This document shows, one piece after another, positions 46,711 to 54,818 of a DNA stretch of 54,818 bases (position 1 is the first letter of the stretch; every line of letters starts with the position of its first letter). Below the pieces are notes generated by a model, which saw only the letters and a program-made list of their open reading frames with translations, had not been told where the DNA came from and did no database searches. This DNA comes from a virus (lineage: Duplodnaviria > Caudoviricetes), in IMG/VR virus record IMGVR_UViG_3300008113_010961, positions 1 to 54,818 of that record. One strand, 5' to 3'. The position numbers and the translations under genes are program-made.

Positions 46711-49245
46711 ATGAGCAATACAACTACTAACGTCCCTGAGTTTTTTGCATTATCAACACAGCCCCAGATTGTATTCAATGTGGATTGTGCTGTTGGTACT
46801 GCTAAGGCTGTTATTACTGTTGCTGGTGGTTCTGCTTCTTCGGCGTATGTACTTAAGAACGGCGTATCTCAAGGAACAGTTTTTGCAGGTAGTCCTCCTC
46901 AAACAATAAGTTTTGCTGTAGTAAGTGGTGATAAGGTAACAATCGAGACGGACGCTGGTGTTTATGTATCGCCAAATGATGTTACGGGAACAGTAGAATT
47001 CATTGCTCCAGCAACTCCTACACCGACAGAAAGCCCAACACCTACCGCCACTGAATCTCCTACTCCAAGTCCCTCACCAAGTCAGAGTCCATCTCCAACT
47101 CCTTCGCCTAGTCCCAGTGAGTCACCGATACCGACTGGAACACCATTCCCAACAGGAATGGCAACACCAACAGAAACACCAAGTCCTACAGTTAGTCCTA
47201 ATCCAACTGCTACACCAACGCCTAGTCCATCGGGAAGCCCATCACCAACGCCAAGTCCTTCACCTAGTGAATCTCCTAGTCCGACACCTAGTGAATCACC
47301 AAGCCCAACGCCTTCACCTAGTCCCAGTGAGTCACCGATACCGACTGGAACACCGTTCCCAACAGGAATGGCAACACCAACAGAGACGCCAAGCCCTACA
47401 GTTAGTCCTAGTCCAACTGCTACACCAACGCCAAGTCCTTCACCTAGTGAATCTCCTAGCCCGACACCTAGTGAATCACCAAGCCCAACGCCTTCTCCTA
47501 GTCCTAGTGAATCACCTATACCAACTGGAACACCTTTTCCTACTGGAATGGCAACACCAACAGAAACACCAAGTCCTACAGTTAGTCCTAATCCAACACC
47601 TACTCCTACACCTAGTAGTAGTACTAGTCCTACTCCAAGTCCTAGTCCATCAAATAGTCCGTCACCTACACCGAGTGCATCGCCGTCACCCAGTCCTAGT
47701 AGCACACCAGCTCCTACAGGGACACCTTTCCCTACTGGAATGGCAACACCAACAGAAACACCAAGTCCTACAGTCAGTCCCAATCCAACTGCTACACCAA
47801 CGCCGAGTCCATCAGAAAGTCCGACGCCGTCACCAACACCATCGGATTCACCGAGTCCGACTCCAAGTGAGAGTCCAACACCGACACCTAGCGAGAGCCC
47901 GACACCAACTCCATCAGAAAGTCCTACTCCCTCTCCCTCTGAGAGTCCAACACCGACACCTAGCGAGAGCCCAAGTCCTACTCCGAGTCCAAGTCCATCG
48001 GAAAGTCCGTCGCCTACTCCTAGCGACAGTCCAAGTCCTACACCGTCACCAACCCCCAGTGACAGTCCTAGTCCAACGCCAAGTCCGACACCGAGCGAAT
48101 CGCCAAGTCCAACTCCTTCTCCGAGTCCTTCACCGGGAATACTTCCAATAAGTCCTCCGACTTTAGGCGATACGACTGTTAACATTTCCTTTAATCAATT
48201 GTTGACAACAAGTGGCGGGACATCTCCTTACACATTCAGCATCAATAGTGGATCTTTGCCTGCTGGTGTAACTTTGGATTCAAGTGGTTTGCTAAGTGGA
48301 ACACCAAATGTAGATGGAACATTCAGTTTCAATGTTCATGTCGTTGATTCCGGCGCACCAACAGCAACAGGAGATCAGCCCTACACATGGACAATTAATC
48401 CGCCTGTTAGCGTAGAGCCACCAACACTAAATGCAATGGTGCAAGGCATCACATTTATGGGTGGGTGCTACTCAGTAGGCGGAACTCCTGCTTACACGTA
48501 TTCTGTTGTTGGCGGAGCTTTACCTGCTGGATTAACTCTAGATGTTGGCGGAACGATTAATGGAGCGCCTACAGTAGTTGGCCCTTACTCCGTAACCATT
48601 CAGTCAACGGATTCAGTGGGAGCTACAGGAACTAGAACTTACACAGGAGAAGTAGTTCCAGAAGACATTGAAGTCCAAGCATCAACTGATTTTGCTGTAG
48701 CTGCTATAGCCATGCCTTATCAAGGTTGGGCTTTTGGAAATATGGGCACAGGCATGGGCAGCCCCAGCATTAGATTTGTTCAAATAAGTGGTTCTACACA
48801 AAGTGTAAGAATTACTTTAAGGAATAACTCTACCCAGACATTCTTGGTAAATGTAAATAGCATAAATTATGCGGTTTACGCCTCTGAGAATTTCGACAAG
48901 ACATTTGCTGTACCACAGAATGGAATCATGACAGTTGGCGCATTGACAGGAGGATTCTTCCCTGCAAGTTCTGTTACAGGAGCGGTTTATGTAAATGCAC
49001 CTGCAGATTGTGCTTACAGGCTAAAACTGACACCAACCGTAAGAGCAGTAGAAGGCGACGAAGGCAGTTTGGATACTTCTGTAATCAATGGCAGAAGCAT
49101 GCAAAGAACTGGCTATTTGACCATTACAGAAAATGTAACTCAGGTAAAAGTAATGGAATTACCAGATGGTAGCTGCATAAATACACAAATACAGCAATTG
49201 CCTGATGTAATTCCTTTGATTACTGATGGTTATCCCCAAGGTTAA
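46711..49245 (+). CDS. Mucin-like PST-repeat protein with two Ig-like (He_PIG-type) domains
   Basis: About 375 aa of Pro/Ser/Thr repeats; [32 protein letters not shown] and [21 protein letters not shown] Ig repeats; C-terminus shared with 49256. Confidence 0.8.
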   Translation: MSNTTTNVPEFFALSTQPQIVFNVDCAVGTAKAVITVAGGSASSAYVLKNGVSQGTVFAGSPPQTISFAVVSGDKVTIETDAGVYVSPNDVTGTVEFIAPATPTPTESPTPTATESPTPSPSPSQSPSPTPSPSPSESPIPTGTPFPTGMATPTETPSPTVSPNPTATPTPSPSGSPSPTPSPSPSESPSPTPSESPSPTPSPSPSESPIPTGTPFPTGMATPTETPSPTVSPSPTATPTPSPSPSESPSPTPSESPSPTPSPSPSESPIPTGTPFPTGMATPTETPSPTVSPNPTPTPTPSSSTSPTPSPSPSNSPSPTPSASPSPSPSSTPAPTGTPFPTGMATPTETPSPTVSPNPTATPTPSPSESPTPSPTPSDSPSPTPSESPTPTPSESPTPTPSESPTPSPSESPTPTPSESPSPTPSPSPSESPSPTPSDSPSPTPSPTPSDSPSPTPSPTPSESPSPTPSPSPSPGILPISPPTLGDTTVNISFNQLLTTSGGTSPYTFSINSGSLPAGVTLDSSGLLSGTPNVDGTFSFNVHVVDSGAPTATGDQPYTWTINPPVSVEPPTLNAMVQGITFMGGCYSVGGTPAYTYSVVGGALPAGLTLDVGGTINGAPTVVGPYSVTIQSTDSVGATGTRTYTGEVVPEDIEVQASTDFAVAAIAMPYQGWAFGNMGTGMGSPSIRFVQISGSTQSVRITLRNNSTQTFLVNVNSINYAVYASENFDKTFAVPQNGIMTVGALTGGFFPASSVTGAVYVNAPADCAYRLKLTPTVRAVEGDEGSLDTSVINGRSMQRTGYLTITENVTQVKVMELPDGSCINTQIQQLPDVIPLITDGYPQG
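47003..48135 (+). repeat. Intragenic SP/TP tandem repeats including 4 copies of [23 protein letters not shown]
   Basis: GGAATGGCAACACCAACAGA recurs at 47155, 47365, 47545 and 47737 (spacings 210, 180, 192 bp). Confidence 0.85.
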
Positions 49246-49255
49246 GGTGTAAACT

Positions 49256-52200
49256 ATGGCAATTAGAGTCTATGCTTGCGGTTATAACAGTTTCGGTAAT
49301 TTAGGAAACAATTCTACTGTTCAAACATCAAGCCCGATCATAATGAGCACCACGGGTTGGTATCAGATGCCAGTTGGTAGCAGTACTATGGCTGCTATAG
49401 GTATAGACAGAAATGTTTATACGTGGGGATCTGGAAATAGTGGCGCTTTGGGAAATGATACTACAAATATAAGTGTTAGTAGCCCAATACAGATTACTTC
49501 TGATGGTACTTGGAGTATGGTTGGTGGTGGGTATTTCTTTGTTGCATTAAAAAATGATGGCACAATTTGGTCATGGGGGAATGGATCTCAAGGAGGAATT
49601 GGAAATAGTCTTAAAATAAACATTTCTTCGATGATTCAAATAGGGACGGAAAATAATTGGACTTTTGTAACTGCAAACCAACAGGCAGGTTGTGCTTTTG
49701 GAATTAAAACCGATGGTAGTTTGTGGTCATGGGGTAGCAATCTAAGTGGCCAACAGGGGCGAAATACTACCGTTTCTGTATCTAGTCCAGTGCAAGTAGG
49801 AACTGCATCTAACTGGTCACAAATTGCTTGCGGTCAGAGCAGCTTTGCAATTAAGACAGATGGCACATTGTGGGCTACTGGAGACGGAACTTCTGGAAAC
49901 AATGGACTAAACAGAGTAACTGCTGTTAGTAGTTGGACTCAAGTAGGCGCAGGCACTGATTGGGCATATTGCTGCAGTCAGAGTAACAACATGGCTTTGA
50001 AGAAGAATGGGACCCTTTGGGTTTGGGGTTTGAATAGTGTAGGAAATTTAGGAGATGGGACAGTAATAAACAAGAGTAGCCCCATTCAAATCGCTGGTAG
50101 CTGGACGATGGCTACCGCACAAGGTGACGGTTATAAAGGCGTAAAGACAGATGGGACTTTATGGAGTTGGGGAGCATCCACATATGGTCAAATAGCTGAC
50201 GGTTTTGCAATAAACAGAAGCAGTCCTGTTCAAATTTTGATTGGCTCTGGTCCTTTTACTAATCTTGGATATAATAATCAGCAATTATGGGTTCAGGCTG
50301 ATGGCCCTACTCCAACGCCTACCAACACGCCTTCTCCAACACCTTCGCCGTCTCCTTCGGGAAGTCCATCACCAACTCCATCTCCCACAACAAATAACTA
50401 CAATCTTTATGGATGGGGTCAAAATGGTACCACAGGACTTGTAGGAAATAATTCTACAGTAAATGTTAACAGTCCTGTTTTGGTTATGTCTAGCATAGAT
50501 CCATTTGTTCCAACAACTGGTAAAAGTTCTGCACTATTAAAATATGGACAATTGTATACTTGGGGCAGAAGTGCAAGCGGGGAATCAGGAAGAAATACCA
50601 CAGTAGCAGCTCTAAGTCCTGTGCTAGTAGGGTTAGAAAATAACTGGGTTTTTGTTTGCACGGGTTATAACTGCGGCGGCATAAAATCTGACGGTAGCCT
50701 ATGGATGTGGGGCACAGGCGCAAATGGTTGTATAGGAGATGGAGTGGTAGTCAGCAGGAGCAGTCCGGTTCAGATTGCAGGAAGCTGGTCAGTAGTTCGC
50801 ACTACTTCTTTCTCTAGTCCATTTAATACAGTTGCGATTAGAACTGATGGGACCTTGTGGGCGTGGGGCGATAACTCAATTGGTCAATTAGGCCAAAATG
50901 ATCTTATAAGCAGAAGTTCTCCAGTACAAATAGGTAATGCAAATAATTATATTGATTGTGCTTACCTTTCTGTAGGATTAGCTCCTCCTTTCCAAACATC
51001 ACTAATTATTGCTTTAAGAGCTGATGGCACTTTATGGGCTGTTGGGAATGGCGCATATGAAGGAAGAACTGGAACGGGTGTCCTTACAAATTACTCAAGT
51101 ATTACGCAAATTGGAACTTCAACAGATTGGGCTTCATTTTCTGGAACTACTAACTGTGTTGGTGCAATTAAAAAGGACGGCACCCTATGGATGTGGGGCA
51201 CTGGCGGTAATGGCGCATTAGGTCTTGGAAACACAATATCACGATCCAGTCCCACACAAATGGGAACTGGAAATGATTGGGCTGAGGTGCAATGCAATTA
51301 CTATTACGGAATGGCAAGAAAAACAAATGGTACAATTTGGTCTTGGGGTATTGGTGGAACAGGAAATCTAGGTAATGGAACTGTAAGTAGAAGTTCCCCC
51401 TTGCAGATAGGACCAAGCACAAACGCTTGGTATGCCTTAGGTGGTGGAGAATATACTTCTTTTGGAATTAGATTGCCAGATCCAACTCCGACTCCAACTT
51501 TAACACCGTTGCCAACTCCTCCTGTGCAAGGAGATATTTTCGGCTGGGGTATTGGAACCACAGGGCAATTAGCCCAAGTGACAAAAGCTGTTAACTCATC
51601 TTCTCCTGTGATAATGCCTAATTATTCTTGGGCACAAGTTGCAGGTATATACAGCAATTTTGCTTGCGTAACCGCTGATGGGAACCTTGTTCTGTGGGGT
51701 GCTAATGGCAATGGCCAATTTGGTATTGGCAACGTTTCTAGTTATTCTAGTCCAGTAATTAATCCAGCAACAGGAGTTTGGGCATCTGTATCTGGTGGTG
51801 TTGTTGTTGGAGCAATTAAAAAAGATGGCACATTATGGATGGCAGGGCAAGGAAATAATGGTGCTTTAGGCACAAATACTGCGGTTGGCAGATCATCATT
51901 TGTACAGGTAGGTGCCGCAACTGATTGGACAAAAATAAGTTGTTCTGCATATGGTAATGGGTCAGTTTTTGGATGGCGTGGCAATAATACTTTTGCGTGG
52001 GGGGAAAACACTGTTGGACAATTAGGAATAGGTACCATAGTGAATGTTTCCACTCCAGTGCTTATAGACGCAACAGGTAGTTGGCAGGATATATTAACTG
52101 GAAACAGCTATAGTATAGGACTTAAGAAAGATGGTACGCTTTGGGCAACTGGAATGGGGTCAAATGGCAGGACGGGACTTAATTCCACCACAAATAGAAG

Positions 52201-53734
52201 TTCGTGGACACAAATTGGCACATCCAATGATTGGGGTTACGTAGCGGTTGGAAACTTAAATGTAGGCGCTGTGAAAAAAGATGGCACTGCATGGATATGG
52301 GGGGCCGGAACTAACGGAGCAAACGCTAATAATTCTATTACAGACGTTTCTTCTCCCCTTCAAATAGGTTCTGCAACTAACTGGAGGTTTATAGGGGTTG
52401 CTACTAGTGCAGCAGGAGCTGTAAAATCCGATGGTACGCTCTGGATGTGGGGTGTAAATACTTTTGGTAATCTTGGAAATAATACCACTGTAAATTACAG
52501 TAGTCCTGTGCAAACAGTATATGCAGACACTAGTTGGGTTAATATTATAGGTGGATTAAATGGTTTTATCGGTTATAGAATAGCACCGAGTCCAACAGCA
52601 ACTACAACACCTACTGTGACTGCGAGTCCAACTCCAACGCCAAGCGAGAGTCCTAGTCCAACTCCATCACCAAGTCCGAGCAATAGCCCTAGTCCATCTC
52701 CGAGTCCATCGCATAGTCCGTCACCGACACCAAGTCCGAGTCCATCGCATAGTCCGTCACCGACACCAAGTCCGACAAACAGTCCGAGCCCGACTCCTAG
52801 TCCTAGCCCTTCACCAAGTCCGACAACAACGGCCACGCCATTTCCGTCACAAAGTCCCTTCCCGACTTTAACACCGCAACCAACTCAATCTCCTCAGCCA
52901 ACTTTCACTCCACAACCGACTTTGAGTCCTGTTCCGACCGTAACGCCATTCCCGACTACAACTCAGGATCCAACTCCTACGGGTAGTCCAACACCTTTAC
53001 CTACTGACACGCCACAGCCAACAGTAACGCCAGTGCCAACTGTAACGCCTTTCCCAACTTTAACGCCGTTGCCAACGTTTACGCCGGTACCGACATACAC
53101 ACCACAGCCAACTCCCGTGTATCCAGCAACTAACAATTACATTTTGGTTCCTTATCAGAACAATATGAATGTTACTAATATTGTGCCTTCACAGGAAGGA
53201 TACGCATTCAATAATGGTGGAGGTTCAGGAATTAATTTACTGTTGCAGTTCATGCAGAACGATCCTACGCCGCAACAAGTATACATCGAATTAACAAATA
53301 ATAGTTCTGTTGACATGGTGATTACTGTAGGTAATTTGGTTTACGTTATTGAACCCGGTCAATACTTCAATACAGTTGCTTTGATGCCGTTTGGCCAGAA
53401 AGTTACTGTGCAAAGTTCAGAGTCTTCAACATTTACACCAAGTTCAGTGTATGGACAGATTTTTGTTCTGCCTACTCCTACGCCAACGCCAGCAGAAATA
53501 TTGAAGCTACAAAGAAATATTATAGCTGTGGAAGGCGATGCAGGAAGTGTTGATACAGGATTAATCAATGGCACCAGCATTCAAAGAACTGGTTACATTA
53601 CGATTACAGAAAATGTAACGCAGGTAAAAGTCATGGAAATACCTGACGGTGGATTAATAGACAAGACTATACAGCAGATCCCAGAAGTTATACCTTTGGT
53701 TTGTTCTGGATATCTATGGGTAGGGGATGTTTAA
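49256..53734 (+). CDS. RCC1/BLIP-II-like repeat protein (three beta-propellers) with PST stalks; putative tail fibre/adhesin
   Basis: Many K.DGTLW.WG.N..GQLG......SSPVQI repeats in three blocks separated by PTPTP linkers; long PST stalk; C-terminal module shared with 46711. Confidence 0.85.
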   Translation: MAIRVYACGYNSFGNLGNNSTVQTSSPIIMSTTGWYQMPVGSSTMAAIGIDRNVYTWGSGNSGALGNDTTNISVSSPIQITSDGTWSMVGGGYFFVALKNDGTIWSWGNGSQGGIGNSLKINISSMIQIGTENNWTFVTANQQAGCAFGIKTDGSLWSWGSNLSGQQGRNTTVSVSSPVQVGTASNWSQIACGQSSFAIKTDGTLWATGDGTSGNNGLNRVTAVSSWTQVGAGTDWAYCCSQSNNMALKKNGTLWVWGLNSVGNLGDGTVINKSSPIQIAGSWTMATAQGDGYKGVKTDGTLWSWGASTYGQIADGFAINRSSPVQILIGSGPFTNLGYNNQQLWVQADGPTPTPTNTPSPTPSPSPSGSPSPTPSPTTNNYNLYGWGQNGTTGLVGNNSTVNVNSPVLVMSSIDPFVPTTGKSSALLKYGQLYTWGRSASGESGRNTTVAALSPVLVGLENNWVFVCTGYNCGGIKSDGSLWMWGTGANGCIGDGVVVSRSSPVQIAGSWSVVRTTSFSSPFNTVAIRTDGTLWAWGDNSIGQLGQNDLISRSSPVQIGNANNYIDCAYLSVGLAPPFQTSLIIALRADGTLWAVGNGAYEGRTGTGVLTNYSSITQIGTSTDWASFSGTTNCVGAIKKDGTLWMWGTGGNGALGLGNTISRSSPTQMGTGNDWAEVQCNYYYGMARKTNGTIWSWGIGGTGNLGNGTVSRSSPLQIGPSTNAWYALGGGEYTSFGIRLPDPTPTPTLTPLPTPPVQGDIFGWGIGTTGQLAQVTKAVNSSSPVIMPNYSWAQVAGIYSNFACVTADGNLVLWGANGNGQFGIGNVSSYSSPVINPATGVWASVSGGVVVGAIKKDGTLWMAGQGNNGALGTNTAVGRSSFVQVGAATDWTKISCSAYGNGSVFGWRGNNTFAWGENTVGQLGIGTIVNVSTPVLIDATGSWQDILTGNSYSIGLKKDGTLWATGMGSNGRTGLNSTTNRSSWTQIGTSNDWGYVAVGNLNVGAVKKDGTAWIWGAGTNGANANNSITDVSSPLQIGSATNWRFIGVATSAAGAVKSDGTLWMWGVNTFGNLGNNTTVNYSSPVQTVYADTSWVNIIGGLNGFIGYRIAPSPTATTTPTVTASPTPTPSESPSPTPSPSPSNSPSPSPSPSHSPSPTPSPSPSHSPSPTPSPTNSPSPTPSPSPSPSPTTTATPFPSQSPFPTLTPQPTQSPQPTFTPQPTLSPVPTVTPFPTTTQDPTPTGSPTPLPTDTPQPTVTPVPTVTPFPTLTPLPTFTPVPTYTPQPTPVYPATNNYILVPYQNNMNVTNIVPSQEGYAFNNGGGSGINLLLQFMQNDPTPQQVYIELTNNSSVDMVITVGNLVYVIEPGQYFNTVALMPFGQKVTVQSSESSTFTPSSVYGQIFVLPTPTPTPAEILKLQRNIIAVEGDAGSVDTGLINGTSIQRTGYITITENVTQVKVMEIPDGGLIDKTIQQIPEVIPLVCSGYLWVGDV

Positions 53735-54447
53735 AACGTGCCTGTCCAATGATGCATTTCAAATTCTTCGTACATGAGTTTTTTTTCTAATTCATAATCA
53801 ACATTTTCAAACTCTGGTGTTGCTTTAAACACCAGAGTATCTTTCCATGGGACTTCTCTGTATGTTTTAGCAAATCCGGTTTTTTCAATTTGTTCTCGGA
53901 GTTTTTGCATGGTTTCTTCGCCGGGACTTGATTCAATTATTTGTCCAGTCAAATTTTTAGTGACTGCGTTCATGTAAGTCTGAGGACCCAAACCGTAAAT
54001 ATGGTTCCACCCCATGCGTCTTCTGTGCATGTTTAAATTAGCAGCGTCTAAAAACATAGGATTATTTGGAGCGCACAGCATTAAATCCTGTGAAAAATCA
54101 TGGTCAAGATGAGTAGGCAACACACAACGAATGCCATTTGTGACTATTTGTGATAAAGGAATATTGTAAAATCTATCTAAATCTATGTAAAGGCCTCCCT
54201 CAAGGTACATTTTTAGCAGCCGCCATAAGTCTAATTTTTCTACTATAGTTTTTGGTTTTATCAATTCGTAATCAACTTGGCTAATATTCTCTTTGAGATA
54301 GGCATCTACTTTTTCATCGTTGCTAAAATAAACTTTCCAATCTGCATTCAATTTGATTAGATTTTGCAATCCTTTTTGGATCATAAAAGATTTCCCAGAA
54401 AATATTTTTTCTGTTTTCCAAGAAATATGTACAATTTTTGGTATCAT
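53731..54447 (-). CDS. DXD glycosyltransferase (GT32/OCH1-like)
   Basis: MIPKIVHISW, DLWRLLKMYLEGGLYIDLD, LGP, HHWTGTF. Confidence 0.8.
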   Translation of the reverse strand: MIPKIVHISWKTEKIFSGKSFMIQKGLQNLIKLNADWKVYFSNDEKVDAYLKENISQVDYELIKPKTIVEKLDLWRLLKMYLEGGLYIDLDRFYNIPLSQIVTNGIRCVLPTHLDHDFSQDLMLCAPNNPMFLDAANLNMHRRRMGWNHIYGLGPQTYMNAVTKNLTGQIIESSPGEETMQKLREQIEKTGFAKTYREVPWKDTLVFKATPEFENVDYELEKKLMYEEFEMHHWTGTF

Positions 54448-54578
54448 AAAATTAATACAGTAAGCATATATACTTATTGGTGTATAGATAGCACAATTGT
54501 AGGCTGAGCCTAGAGAATGATTATAAAGTTCGAATGATAGAATGTTTGAATGCTATAATTATTTTTTAGGAGAAATAT

Positions 54579-54818
54579 ATGCCTATAACACCGACACCGT
54601 TTCCAACATCGACGGCTGCACCAACTCCAACACCATTTCCAACATTGACACAGATGCCAACAGGCACCGCAATGCCAGTCCCTACTGATACACCGATGCC
54701 AACCCTAACACCGTTTCCAACAGCAACTGGTGGTCCGGTTCCTACCGACACTCCGTTGCCTACTTTGGCACCGAATCCCTCTGGAACTGCTATGCCAGTT
54801 CCTACGGACCCTCCTCTA
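54579..54818 (+). CDS. Pro/Thr-rich protein (3' truncated by window edge)
   Basis: AGGAGA RBS; [38 protein letters not shown]... stays open to the window end. Confidence 0.7.
   Translation, partial: MPITPTPFPTSTAAPTPTPFPTLTQMPTGTAMPVPTDTPMPTLTPFPTATGGPVPTDTPLPTLAPNPSGTAMPVPTDPPL

Noticed and set aside
47100-47800. Regularly spaced repeats as a CRISPR array
   Set aside because: The repeats are in-frame coding units with repetitive, non-unique intervening sequence, and there are no cas genes.
47003-48185. Long alternative ORFs (382 aa plus strand, 367 aa minus strand) over the PST repeat, and similar ones at 45197-45646, 52573-52836 and 54566-54751
   Set aside because: These are shadow frames caused by the lack of stop codons in Pro/Ser/Thr codon repeats.
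49256-53734. Diversity-generating retroelement target
   Set aside because: No reverse transcriptase and no template/variable repeat pair differing only at adenines was seen in this window.
1-54818. Stop-codon reassignment, as in some large phages
   Set aside because: Conserved genes are full length in the standard code, TAA, TAG and TGA all end genes, and there is no suppressor tRNA.

Overview
This window is a 54.8 kb AT-rich segment of a large T4-like myovirus (probably a jumbo phage) that uses the standard genetic code and switches strand often. From left to right it holds: (1) a glycan-modification cluster (two GT25-like glycosyltransferases, a sulfotransferase, two TPR+GT9-like glycosyltransferases, a SAM methyltransferase); (2) a neck/tail morphogenesis region (gp13-, gp14- and gp15-like proteins, an 850-aa tail sheath, two tail tube paralogues, a gp26/gp51-like pair with a candidate -1 frameshift) and a gp55-like late sigma factor; (3) a DNA metabolism region (AAA ATPase + metallopeptidase/VWA pair, Holliday junction resolvase, Ntn amidotransferase, phosphoesterase, class II ribonucleotide reductase, SbcCD/gp46-47, UvsW-like helicase); (4) an ORF-free ~450-nt element with many predicted helices and a pseudoknot, directly upstream of a family A DNA polymerase that lacks the thumb and appears exonuclease-dead, followed by a second sigma-like protein; (5) two tandem tRNAs that both appear to decode AUA, Ile(UAU) and Ile2(CAU); (6) Pro/Ser/Thr mucin-like stalk proteins with Ig and RCC1-like domains and an embedded GT32-like gene. 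The best candidates for undescribed biology are the structured RNA + thumbless PolA module, a family of about 8 dispersed orphan proteins with a T4-like capsid-targeting leader, and a possible phage-encoded glycosylation/sulfation system for the mucin-like virion appendages. All calls come from motif recognition by eye; no database searches or folding programs were run.
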